DNA of 64,000 nucleotides from an uncultured Gemmatimonadales bacterium (GCA_963730185.1 CAVSQW010000010.1:1-64000); one strand, 5' to 3'; shown: positions 25,236 through 34,342, counted from the first letter of the stretch. Notes: generated by a model not told the origin, from the letters alone. Numbers and translations are program-made.

Positions 25236-26999
25236 ATGGAACCGACTGCCCTGCCAACCGAGCGCGACGCGGCCATTCTCCAGGTCGCCATCACCCTCGG
25301 TCTGGCCCTCCTCTTCGGACTCCTCCACCGGCGCTACCGGCGGCCGTATTTCTTCTGGTGGAGCTCGGCCTGGCTGCTCTACACGGTCCGGATCGGGCTG
25401 ATCATCACCTTCCTCTCGACCAACAACTGGGTCTGGCTCTATCTCCATCAGGTGGCGACCGGCTGGACCGCCCTGGCCCTGCTGGCGGCGGCGTTCAGCT
25501 TCGAGCGGCGGCGGGGCCCGCGGCGGATCTGGCTCCTCACGGCGCTCTTTCCGGTGGTGTGGGCGTACCTCACCATCTACGTGCTGGACAGCTTCCTTTT
25601 GGCGGCGTCGCTCACGGTGCTGCTCCTGAGCGGCGCCACCGGATGGACGGGCGTGGTGTTCCTCCGCTACCGGCGGCGGACCGGCTCGCCCGCGGCCGGC
25701 TTCCTGGCGGGCACCCTCCTCCTCTGGGCTCTTCATCACCTCGACTACCCGATTCTCAGGGCTCGGGGTCTGTTGGCGCCGTGGAGCTATTACCTCGACA
25801 TTCTCTTCATCCTGGCGCTGGGCATCGGCGTGTTGCTGCTGGTCCTGGAGGAGCTCCGGGGCGGACTCCGGACCCTGTCCCGCCTCTCGGGCGATCTCCA
25901 GCGGAGTCCCGACGCCGACGCCCGCCCCGAGCGGCTGCTCGAGCACGCGCTCGGACTGGCCGGGGTGACCGGCAGCGCCCTCTGGTCGATCGGCCCGGAG
26001 CCGGCCGGCGCGTTCACCCACGCGATCGGCACCGCCAGTGGGTGGATCGGCCGGCCGCCCGACGGCCCGCTGGTCGAGACGCTCCACACGGCCACCCAGA
26101 CGGCCCGCCCGATCCTGCTGACCGACTGGGACCTCTCGACGTTAGGCGTCACCGAGCGGCAGCCGTTCGTGGCGGTCCTCCCGGTGATCCCTCACGGCGT
26201 GTCGCGGGGCGCGGCCGTGATCCTGGGGCGCACCCGCGAGCCCTTCACCGCCCTGGACGAGGACTTCCTGGTGGCGCTGGGCCAGCAGATCGGTGCGGCC
26301 CTCCAGAACGCCGACCTCGAGCGACGGCTCCGCGACCGGACGGCCCAGATGGAACGGCTGTCCCTCCAGCTGATCCACCAGCACGAGGACCAGCGCCGCC
26401 GGCTCTCCCGCGAGCTCCACGACGAGACCGCCCAAGTCTTCTCGGCCATGAAGCTGCACCTGGGCCTGCTTCGGGAGACCGCGGGCGACCGCGGGGCGGC
26501 CCGGATCGAATCGCTCACCGACCTGGTGGACGCCGGGATCCAGAGCATTCGGAGCGTGGCGGAGGATCTCCGCCCACCGGTCCTGGACGACCTGGGCCTC
26601 GGCGCGGCGCTCCAGGCCCTGGCTTCGGACTTCGGTGAGCGGACCGAGATTCCGATCGACTACACCGCCAACGAGCTCCCCTCGCTCAGCGACGAGGCCG
26701 AGCTGGCGCTGTTCCGCACCTTGCAGGAAGCCCTGTCGAACGTGGCCCGCCATGCGGGCGCCAGCCGGGTGGAGGTCGTGGTGGCCGCGGCCGACTCCGA
26801 GATCCACCTCACGGTCACCGACGACGGCCGGGGCATCGACCTGAGCCAGGGCGCCCTCCGGACCGGCCGGATGGGCCTGGTCGGGATGGAGGAGCGACTC
26901 GCCGCCGTAGGGGGGCGGCTGTCGTTCGAGTCGTCGCCGGGCCGGGGGCTCCGGCTCGACGTGGTGCTTCCGGTGGTCCCCAGCGAGGCCATGCGATGA
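25236..26999 (+). CDS. Sensor histidine kinase (about 7 TM sensor + GAF-like + HisKA_3 + HATPase)
   Basis: H-box RRLSRELHDETAQ, LRPPVLDDLGL, EALSNVARHAGA, DDGRG, GLVGMEERL; hydrophobic N-terminal region of about 200 aa. Confidence 0.92.
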   Translation: MEPTALPTERDAAILQVAITLGLALLFGLLHRRYRRPYFFWWSSAWLLYTVRIGLIITFLSTNNWVWLYLHQVATGWTALALLAAAFSFERRRGPRRIWLLTALFPVVWAYLTIYVLDSFLLAASLTVLLLSGATGWTGVVFLRYRRRTGSPAAGFLAGTLLLWALHHLDYPILRARGLLAPWSYYLDILFILALGIGVLLLVLEELRGGLRTLSRLSGDLQRSPDADARPERLLEHALGLAGVTGSALWSIGPEPAGAFTHAIGTASGWIGRPPDGPLVETLHTATQTARPILLTDWDLSTLGVTERQPFVAVLPVIPHGVSRGAAVILGRTREPFTALDEDFLVALGQQIGAALQNADLERRLRDRTAQMERLSLQLIHQHEDQRRRLSRELHDETAQVFSAMKLHLGLLRETAGDRGAARIESLTDLVDAGIQSIRSVAEDLRPPVLDDLGLGAALQALASDFGERTEIPIDYTANELPSLSDEAELALFRTLQEALSNVARHAGASRVEVVVAAADSEIHLTVTDDGRGIDLSQGALRTGRMGLVGMEERLAAVGGRLSFESSPGRGLRLDVVLPVVPSEAMR

Positions 27000-27649
27000 C
27001 TGCCATTCGGGTCCTGATCGCCGACGATCACCAGTTGGTCCGCCAGGGCATCCATCAGGTGCTGTCCGAGACGGACGACTTCGAGATCGTCGGCGAGGCG
27101 GGCGACGGTCATGAGGCCCTGAGGCTGGCGGTCGCGTTGAATCCGGACGTGACCGTCCTGGACGTGTCGATGCCGGGGATGTCGGGGATCGAGGTGGCCG
27201 CGGAGCTCCGGAAGCGCAACCCGGCGGCTCGGATCCTGATGCTCAGTGTGTACGACCACCAGCAGTACGTGGTCGAGGCGGTCCGGGTCGGCGCGCAGGG
27301 CTATCTCCGCAAGGACACCGACCCGGGCGAGCTCCGCAATGCGATCCGGGCGCTGGCCCGAGGTGAGTCGTTCTTCAGCCCGGCCGTCGCCCGCCACTTG
27401 AGCGCGGCGGTCCGGGGCGAAGCGGGTCCGCCGGACGCCGGCCGCCAGATCGATGCCCTGACCCGGCGGGAGCGTCAGGTCCTGGAGGGGGTCGCCCGGG
27501 GCATGACCAACAAGGAGACCGCCGCCCATCTCGGGCTCAGCTCGCGGACGGTGGAGTCCTACCGGGAGAGCCTGATGCGGAAGCTGGGTATCTACACCGT
27601 CGCGGGCCTGACCCGCCTGGCCCTGGAGGCCGGCCTGCTGGATCCATAA
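26996..27649 (+). CDS. NarL/LuxR-family response regulator
   Basis: REC domain (IADDH, LDVSMPG, GYLRK) plus LuxR HTH (LTRRERQVL..GMTNKETA..TVE). ATGA overlap with the kinase. Confidence 0.95.
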   Translation: MTAIRVLIADDHQLVRQGIHQVLSETDDFEIVGEAGDGHEALRLAVALNPDVTVLDVSMPGMSGIEVAAELRKRNPAARILMLSVYDHQQYVVEAVRVGAQGYLRKDTDPGELRNAIRALARGESFFSPAVARHLSAAVRGEAGPPDAGRQIDALTRRERQVLEGVARGMTNKETAAHLGLSSRTVESYRESLMRKLGIYTVAGLTRLALEAGLLDP

Positions 27650-27654
27650 GGCCC

Positions 27655-27682
27655 CCGTAGTAGTACGGAGAACTCGTCCGTA
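27655..27682 (+). promoter_or_regulatory. Putative response-regulator operator (three alternating CCGTA/TACGG half-sites)
   Basis: CCGTA-GTAG-TACGG overlapping TACGGA-N7-TCCGTA, upstream of a candidate -10 TACCGT (27715-27720) of the TonB receptor gene. Confidence 0.55.
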
Positions 27683-27799
27683 GCATCCCGCTGCCCCGTC
27701 CTTTCCTCCCTTCATACCGTTGAACGGCTGCTGCTCATGGCACGGGTGCGTGCCGCGGCGCTTCTCGACCCGAACGAACCCATCAGAAGGGATGACCCG

Positions 27800-29989
27800 A
27801 TGCGGTCCCAGACGCGGTGGATCGGTGCTGTCACGGTAGCGGCCTTGCTCATCGTGCCGGCGGCGGCGGCGGCGCAGGGCGCCGATTCGGTCAGTCGGCG
27901 GGGGCGGGATTCGACCCGGGCCCGCGAGCTCGATCCCATCAACGTGACCGCCACCCGAGCCCCGGTCGGGGTCGCCCGGACGGCCAGCCCCGTGACCGTC
28001 GTGGACTCGGCCGAGGCCCATCGGGAAGCGGCTTACACCGTCTCGGACCTGTTCCGGATGACGCCCGGGGTGGACATCACGGGCGCCGGCTCCAACCAGG
28101 CTCGGCTGGCGATCCGCGGGCAGGAAGGTCAGCGGATTCTGCTGCTCGAGAACGGCATCCGGCTCAACAACACCCGCCGCCAACAGGACTTCGGCGAGCT
28201 CCCGGCGCTGTCCGACGTGGAGAACCTCGACCGGGCCGAGCTGGTCCGGGGGCCGGCGTCGGTGCTGTACGGAACGGACGCGATCGGAGGGGTGGTGAAC
28301 CTGATCAGCGCCGGCCCGCCCTTCGGCCCGGCCCGCCTGGGCGGGGTGGTCGGCTACCGCTACAGCTCCCACGACGAGCAGCTTCGTCCCAACGGGCAGC
28401 TCGACGGCCGGCTCGGTCGGCTGGGCTTCCGGCTCAGCGCGACCTACCGCGAGACCCAGCCCTACGACGCGCCGGCCGGCGACTTCGGAAACATCCATCT
28501 GGCCAACAAGGTCCGGGTTCACGATTCCGGCGTGCAGGACGGGAATTACAGCGCGGCCTTCGCGCTGCCGGTCGGCGAGAACCACCGCTTCTCGGCCCGG
28601 TTCGCCCGCTACGACGCCCGGAACGCCGGCTTCGGCTACGTGAACGGGGCCGATCTCGGCGACCCCAACGCGCCCTTCATCCAGATCACCTATCCGGACC
28701 AGACCTTCGACCAGGTCTCGCTCCGCTACGGCGGCAACGCCCTCGGCTCGGTCCTGGCGGACCGCCTCGACGTCACCACCTATTTCCAGAGCAACCGGCG
28801 GGACCTGAACCTCAACGTGTTCGTGCCCTTCGGGCCGGGCACGCCGGACGGGGCCGGGGTGAGCGCCCAGAGCTGGAACTACACCGACACCAAGAGCTAT
28901 GGGGTCCGGGTCGAGGCGGCCAAGATCGTGGGCGGCAAACACACCATCACTTACGGGCTCGACTACTTCGCCGACGACTCGTACAACACCGACTCCAGCG
29001 CCACCGCGGTGGTCGGCTTCGGACCGCCCCAGGTCGACCGGAGCAACGTGCCCCCGGTGCCCAACGGCATCTTCAAGAGCGGCGGGATCTTCGCCCAGGC
29101 CGCGCTGACGCTGGCGCCCCGCCTGTCCGCGGTCATCGGCGGGCGGGTGCAAGACGTCCGAGCCCACACCCGGGTCACTCCGAACGTCACCGCTCCCACC
29201 ACCGGCAGCAGCCAGCAGACCGGCGTGGCGGCCGCGAACCTGCTCTACCAGCTGACGCCGTCGGTGGGCCTGGTGGCGAGCGCCGGCCGAGCCTTCCGGG
29301 CGCCTAACCTGGTCGAGCAATTCTTCGACGGGCCGACGCCGGAAGGGTCCGGCTACCAGGTCCGGAACCCCGGCCTCAAGCCGGAGACCAGCTTCAACGT
29401 GGATCTGGGCGTGAAGGTGCGGACCGGCCCGGTGTACCTCGAAGGCTTCTACTTCAACAACCTGATCAAGAACGGGATCCGGATCGCCGCGACGGGCGAC
29501 ACCGTCGGCCCCTTCCCGGCCTACCAGAACGTGAACGTGGACAAGATCCGCGACCAGGGGGTGGAGCTGCTGGGCGACCTCCGGCTGGCCAGCGGGTTCG
29601 GGGCCCGGGCGTCGTTCTCGCACCACGCGGCCAAGGACGTGCTCAACCCGGCGAACCCCGTGGGCGACACCTTCTCGAGCAAGCTCACCGCCTCGCTTCG
29701 TTACGACGACCCGCAGGGCCGGTTCTGGCTCGAGTACGGGGTGCGGCACAACGGCACCCGGAAGGACGTGGACCTGACCAGCAACCCGATCGGCCCGGTG
29801 CTCCCGGCCTTCACGGTGCAGGGCGCGGGGGCCGGGGTGGTGCTCCTCCGCCGGGGCCACATGACCCACACGCTGGACGTCAACGTCTCCAACCTCGGCA
29901 ATACCCTCTACGCCGAGTTCCCGAACGCGTCGTTCTTCCGGCCGGAACCCGGCCGGGCCGTCACCATCACCTGGCGAATGGGCTTCTGA
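27800..29989 (+). CDS. TonB-dependent outer-membrane receptor
   Basis: Signal peptide, TonB-box-like LDPINVTATR, plug ELVRGPASVLYGTDAIGGVVNLI, FRAP and NPGLKPE motifs, C-terminal Phe. Confidence 0.93.
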   Translation: MRSQTRWIGAVTVAALLIVPAAAAAQGADSVSRRGRDSTRARELDPINVTATRAPVGVARTASPVTVVDSAEAHREAAYTVSDLFRMTPGVDITGAGSNQARLAIRGQEGQRILLLENGIRLNNTRRQQDFGELPALSDVENLDRAELVRGPASVLYGTDAIGGVVNLISAGPPFGPARLGGVVGYRYSSHDEQLRPNGQLDGRLGRLGFRLSATYRETQPYDAPAGDFGNIHLANKVRVHDSGVQDGNYSAAFALPVGENHRFSARFARYDARNAGFGYVNGADLGDPNAPFIQITYPDQTFDQVSLRYGGNALGSVLADRLDVTTYFQSNRRDLNLNVFVPFGPGTPDGAGVSAQSWNYTDTKSYGVRVEAAKIVGGKHTITYGLDYFADDSYNTDSSATAVVGFGPPQVDRSNVPPVPNGIFKSGGIFAQAALTLAPRLSAVIGGRVQDVRAHTRVTPNVTAPTTGSSQQTGVAAANLLYQLTPSVGLVASAGRAFRAPNLVEQFFDGPTPEGSGYQVRNPGLKPETSFNVDLGVKVRTGPVYLEGFYFNNLIKNGIRIAATGDTVGPFPAYQNVNVDKIRDQGVELLGDLRLASGFGARASFSHHAAKDVLNPANPVGDTFSSKLTASLRYDDPQGRFWLEYGVRHNGTRKDVDLTSNPIGPVLPAFTVQGAGAGVVLLRRGHMTHTLDVNVSNLGNTLYAEFPNASFFRPEPGRAVTITWRMGF

Positions 29990-29991
29990 CC

Positions 29992-30711
29992 ATGGGTCAC
30001 CAATCCCCGGTTCACTTCATTCCGATCGCGACCAGCGTCTTCGCACTGGTCTTCTCGGTCGTGATCGCCCGGCGATACCGGGAGCGGGGCGGCCCACACC
30101 TGGCGTGGTGGAGCCTCGGGATGTTGTTGTACGGCGTCGGGACCATCACCGAGGCCACCACGACCCTGATCGGATGGCACGAGCCGATCTTCAAGGCCTG
30201 GTACATCTCGGGCGCGCTCCTGGGCGGGGCACCGTTGGCCCAGGGCACCGTGTATCTGCTGCTCTCCCGGAAGACGGCGGACCGGCTGACCGCGGCGCTG
30301 GTTACCGCGGTGGTGATCGGGGCGACCTGCGTGCTGCTCTCCCCGGTCCACTTCGACCTGGTGGAGCCCTATCGACTGTCGGGGAAGGTGCTGACCTGGA
30401 GCTGGGTGCGGGCGTTCAGTCCGTTCATCAACCTCTACGCGGTCGCCTTCCTGGTGGGCGGCGCGATTCTCTCGGCGATCCGCTTCCGCCGGAAGCAGGA
30501 GACCCGCCATCGCTACCAGGCCAACGTGCTGATCGCGATCGGCGCGATCCTGCCCGGCATCGGCGGGACGTTCACCCGCTTCGGCCACGTTGAGGTGCTG
30601 TACGTAACGGAGTTCCTGGGACTCTGCCTGCTCTGGGCGGGTTACCGGCTCAGTACCGTCGGCCATGTGTTCGGGGCGGCGTCCGAGCGGAGCGTCGCGG
30701 CCGTATCGTAG
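29992..30711 (+). CDS. Hypothetical polytopic membrane protein (about 7 TM)
   Basis: Starts 2 bp after the TonB receptor stop; about seven hydrophobic segments; N-terminus resembles the kinase sensor (RRYR..P..WWS..LLY.V). Confidence 0.8.
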   Translation: MGHQSPVHFIPIATSVFALVFSVVIARRYRERGGPHLAWWSLGMLLYGVGTITEATTTLIGWHEPIFKAWYISGALLGGAPLAQGTVYLLLSRKTADRLTAALVTAVVIGATCVLLSPVHFDLVEPYRLSGKVLTWSWVRAFSPFINLYAVAFLVGGAILSAIRFRRKQETRHRYQANVLIAIGAILPGIGGTFTRFGHVEVLYVTEFLGLCLLWAGYRLSTVGHVFGAASERSVAAVS

Positions 30712-30751
30712 CGTCGGCCCGCGGGGCGGTCCCTCGGCGGGCCCGCGGAGT

Positions 30752-31411
30752 TCACTCCCCCACCAGGACGCAGTGGATCTCGCCCGGCCCGTGGACCCCC
30801 ACCACGAGCTGGCCCTCGATGTCGGCGGTCCGGCTCGGGCCGGTGATCAGGATCGCGGCGCTCGACTTGCCCTCCCGCAACAACGGATCGAATCGGGCCA
30901 GGGCCTCGCTCAGCGTGGCGACCAGCTGGTCGGCGGCCAGGACGGCCACGTGCACCGGTGTGACCACGCTCGCCAACCTTCCCTGCTCCGGCTCGGACAC
31001 CAGCCCCAGGGTACCCGACTCGGCGATCGCCACCGTCACGCCGGTCACCGCCACCGGGACCTGGTCGGGGTCGTCGATGTCGGCCCAGCGCCGGGGAACC
31101 CGGACTCCCCGAGCCTCGAGATGGGCCGCCAGGTCGAGCCGGTCGAGCCAGCCCGCCTGATCCCGAGCGACCCACACCGTTCCCGGAGCCTCCGCCGGCA
31201 CCAGGCCCGCCACGGTCGCGGCCAATGCCTCGCCGGAGGCGGCCTGGTGCCAGTGGCCCCCGAGGCCCCGGAACCGTTCGGCAAAGCGCTCCACCAGCGA
31301 ACCCGTCGGGGGCGGCAGCCGGTCGACGACCGGGGCCGGGCGGGACGGGTGGTGAGGCGTCGGCTGGGCCAGGGCCGAGCGGATCCGAGCCAGGATGGCG
31401 TCGCGGCTCAT
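30752..31411 (-). CDS. lutC: LUD-domain lactate utilisation protein C
   Basis: MSRDAILARIRSAL, AIAESGT, ITGPSRTADIE..GVHGP. Confidence 0.88.
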   Translation of the reverse strand: MSRDAILARIRSALAQPTPHHPSRPAPVVDRLPPPTGSLVERFAERFRGLGGHWHQAASGEALAATVAGLVPAEAPGTVWVARDQAGWLDRLDLAAHLEARGVRVPRRWADIDDPDQVPVAVTGVTVAIAESGTLGLVSEPEQGRLASVVTPVHVAVLAADQLVATLSEALARFDPLLREGKSSAAILITGPSRTADIEGQLVVGVHGPGEIHCVLVGE

Positions 31412-32805
31412 TCGCCCTCCACCAGGTCGCGGAGCGGGCGTCGGGCCGGGAGCGGGAGCTCGCGGGCCCGGGCCCATGATTTCCCGGGTCCGGGAAGCGC
31501 TGCCAGGCCTCGGCGACCGAGCAGCCGCGCGGCCCAGTAGCCGGCCCGCCCGGCCAGCCGGAACCGCCCGGGCGAGGCCATGACCCAGGCGGCGACGGCG
31601 ACGGCGGCGGCGGTGAACGGCGAGGCCGGCTTCTTGACCCGCTCGGTGATGTGACCCCGCAGGTGGACCAGCATCCTGGGGATGTCGATCCGGACCGGAC
31701 AGGCGTCGCGGCACGCCCCGCAGAGCGACGAAGCGAAGGGGAGCGTGGGCGCCTTGGCCTCGCCCAGCAGCAGCGGGGTGAGCACCGAGCCGATCGGCCC
31801 CTGATACACCCAGCCGTAGGCGTGGCCCCCGGCTCGACGGTAGACGGGACAGACGGCAAGGCACGCCGCGCAGCGAATGCAGAGCAGCGATTCCCGGGAC
31901 TCCGGGTCCTCCAGGACGCCCGACCGCCCGTTGTCGAGCAGCACCAAGTGGAACTCCTCGGGCCCGTCCACCTCGCCGGGGCGGCGAGGGCCGTTGAGCA
32001 GGCTGACGTAGCTCGAGAGCCGCTGGCCGGTCGCGCTCCGGGGCAGCAGCCGGAGCAGCGGGTCGAGATCGGCAAACCGGGGAATCACCTTCTCGATGCC
32101 CATGACCGCCACGTGCAGCCGAGGCCAAGAGGTGGTCAGCCGAGCATTGCCCTCGTTCTCGATGATCACCAGGGTGCCCGTCTCGGCCACCGCGAAGTTG
32201 GCGCCGCTCACACCCATGGTGGCCGCCCGGAAGCGGGCTCGGAGGACGCGGCGGGCGATGGCGGTGAGCTGGGTGGGATCGTCGGTCCGGGGCACACCCA
32301 GGGTCCGCTCGAAGAGGTCGGCCACCTTCTGGCGAGAGTAGTGGATCGCGGGCGCCAGGAAGTGCGAGGGATGCTCGTGGGCCAGCTGGATGATGAACTC
32401 GCCCAGGTCGGTCTCGACCGGGGTGATGCCGGCCGCCTCCAGCGCCTGGTTGAGGTGGATCTCCTCGGTCGCCATCGACTTGCTCTTGACGGCGAGGCTC
32501 ACCCCGCGAGCCTGGGCCAGCTCCACCACGTAGCGAGCCGCCTCCTCGCCGGTCGAGGCCCAGAACACGTTCCCGCCCCGGGCCACCACCTGGCGTTCCA
32601 GCTCCTCCAGGTGCCGATCGAGGCCATCGACCGCCGTCTGGCGGGCGGCCCGGCCCTGGTCCCGGAGCGCGTTCCAGTCGTCGACCTCGCGGGCGGCGCC
32701 CAGACGGGCCTGGACGAAGCGATCCGTGGTCCCCTGGAGGACGGCCTGGAGCGATGGCGTGGCCAGCGCCTCGTCGGCCAGCTCATGGAACTGATCCCGG
32801 CTCAT
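31408..32805 (-). CDS. lutB: Lactate utilisation iron-sulfur protein B
   Basis: KSKSMATEE, ETDLGEFI, ENEGNARL, CIRCAACLAVCPVY, LCGACRDACPV. Confidence 0.92.
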   Translation of the reverse strand: MSRDQFHELADEALATPSLQAVLQGTTDRFVQARLGAAREVDDWNALRDQGRAARQTAVDGLDRHLEELERQVVARGGNVFWASTGEEAARYVVELAQARGVSLAVKSKSMATEEIHLNQALEAAGITPVETDLGEFIIQLAHEHPSHFLAPAIHYSRQKVADLFERTLGVPRTDDPTQLTAIARRVLRARFRAATMGVSGANFAVAETGTLVIIENEGNARLTTSWPRLHVAVMGIEKVIPRFADLDPLLRLLPRSATGQRLSSYVSLLNGPRRPGEVDGPEEFHLVLLDNGRSGVLEDPESRESLLCIRCAACLAVCPVYRRAGGHAYGWVYQGPIGSVLTPLLLGEAKAPTLPFASSLCGACRDACPVRIDIPRMLVHLRGHITERVKKPASPFTAAAVAVAAWVMASPGRFRLAGRAGYWAARLLGRRGLAALPGPGKSWARARELPLPARRPLRDLVEGE

Positions 32806-33530
32806 GGCCCCTCCGCTTCGGCCAGCACCTGGGCGAGGTGGAGGACCTGTACGTCGAGACCTCGACGGGCCAGCACACCCTTGATCTGGAGGAGGCACGA
32901 GGGGTCGCAGGAGACCACGGCGTCGGCGCCGGTGGCCACGATCCGGTCGGCTTTCTCAGCCGCCATGGAGGCGGAGATGGCGTCGAAGGTCACCGAGAAG
33001 GAACCGCCGAAGCCGCAGCATCGGTCGGCGGGGTCCATCTCGACGACCTGACAGCCGCGCACGCCTTTCAGTAAGTGGCGTGGTTGGTTACGGACGCCAA
33101 GCTCACGTAAGGAGTGACATCCGTCATGAAACGTGACCATCCGTTTCGCGGCCGTCGCGTCGATCGTTACCCCGAGCACGTCGGTCAGGAACTCGCTAAA
33201 CTCCCAGGTCTTCCCGGCCACCCGTCGGACGGCCGCCTGGATCGGGTCGTCGGGCGAAAACAGCTCGCCGTAGTGCAGCCGGATCATCGCGGCGCAGGAT
33301 CCGGAGGGAACCACGACCGCCTCGTACGGGTCGAGGACCGCCACCGTGGCCCGGGCCAACCGGCGGGCTTCGTCCCGGTAGCCGGCGTTGAAGAACGGCT
33401 GCCCACAGCAGGTCTGGCTTCGGGGAAAAGCCGCCTTGGCGCCGTGCCGCTCGAGCACGCTCAGAACGGCCAGCCCGATGTCGGGCGCCAGCTGATCAAC
33501 CACACAGGTAGCGAAGAGTGCGACGCGCAT
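32802..33530 (-). CDS. lutA: Lactate utilisation CCG-domain protein A
   Basis: LFATCVVD, QTCCGQP, SGSC, HDGCHSLR, CCGFGG, SCLLQI. Confidence 0.9.
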   Translation of the reverse strand: MRVALFATCVVDQLAPDIGLAVLSVLERHGAKAAFPRSQTCCGQPFFNAGYRDEARRLARATVAVLDPYEAVVVPSGSCAAMIRLHYGELFSPDDPIQAAVRRVAGKTWEFSEFLTDVLGVTIDATAAKRMVTFHDGCHSLRELGVRNQPRHLLKGVRGCQVVEMDPADRCCGFGGSFSVTFDAISASMAAEKADRIVATGADAVVSCDPSCLLQIKGVLARRGLDVQVLHLAQVLAEAEGP

Positions 33531-34342
33531 CAAACCAACCACCGATCTCGGGACGCGACCGGCTGAGCCAGGCGCTCTGGGGTGCGGTCCTGCTGGGCTT
33601 GGCCTGGCTGGGAGCCTCGGTCCTGGGACTGGACGACGTGATGGGGATCGTGGGCCTGAACGCCATCGCCGGCGTGGGCCTCCTGGGAGCGGTGCTGGGC
33701 TATCTCGGCCTGACGCGATGGATCAGGGGGCTGGCCGCGGTGGTCTTCGCGACGATTCTCCTGGTCAGCGCCTGTCCGCCGCTCGGACGGTTGGAGCACG
33801 GGCTGGTCCGGAGCGACCCACTGCCCGCCCAACCGGTCGACGCGATCGTTGCCCTGGCGGGCTCGGTCACCGGTGACGGGACCCTCGGTCCCGCGGCCAC
33901 CGACCGCGTGCTCGAGGCGATCCATCTCCTCCGGGACAGCGTCTCCACTCGTCTGGTGCTGAGCCGCGTCCGCGCGGTCGTCGGCCGCGACACGGTGACC
34001 TCGGACACCGACCAGCGCTTTCTCCTGAGCGTGGCCGGTATGTCCCCCGAGCTCCACATCCTCGACCCAGTAGGCTCCACCCGTCTGGAGGCCGTCCGGG
34101 CGGCGGCGCTGGGCCGCGAGCTGGGCTGGACGCGAGTAGTGGTCGTCACCTCGCCGAGCCATTCGTCCCGGGCGTGCGCGGCGTTCGAGAAGGTCGGCTT
34201 CGAGGTGATCTGTCATCCGAGCGCCGACCGGAGCGCCGCCCTGGCATCGCAGCCACACGCCCACGACCGGGTGGTCGCGTTCGGCCTCTGGCTGTACGAA
34301 CGCCTGGCCTGGGTCGAGTATCGACTGCGCGGCTGGATCTGA
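33518..34342 (+). CDS. YdcF/DUF218 family membrane protein (start uncertain)
   Basis: N-terminal TM helices, DAIVALAG, STRLEA, VVVVTSPSHSSRA..FEKVG, YERLA. Confidence 0.8.
   Translation: MRRASNQPPISGRDRLSQALWGAVLLGLAWLGASVLGLDDVMGIVGLNAIAGVGLLGAVLGYLGLTRWIRGLAAVVFATILLVSACPPLGRLEHGLVRSDPLPAQPVDAIVALAGSVTGDGTLGPAATDRVLEAIHLLRDSVSTRLVLSRVRAVVGRDTVTSDTDQRFLLSVAGMSPELHILDPVGSTRLEAVRAAALGRELGWTRVVVVTSPSHSSRACAAFEKVGFEVICHPSADRSAALASQPHAHDRVVAFGLWLYERLAWVEYRLRGWI

Noticed and set aside
17190..29869. Very long antisense ORFs (e.g. 17190-19358, 19741-22551, 23032-25401, 26660-29869)
   Set aside because: They are shadows of recognisable GC3-rich genes on the opposite strand and have no motifs of their own.
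30752..33530. Selenoprotein (UGA read-through) among the redox genes, prompted by selC
   Set aside because: lutABC and the other redox ORFs are uninterrupted with ordinary Cys codons; no in-frame UGA at a Cys position was found.
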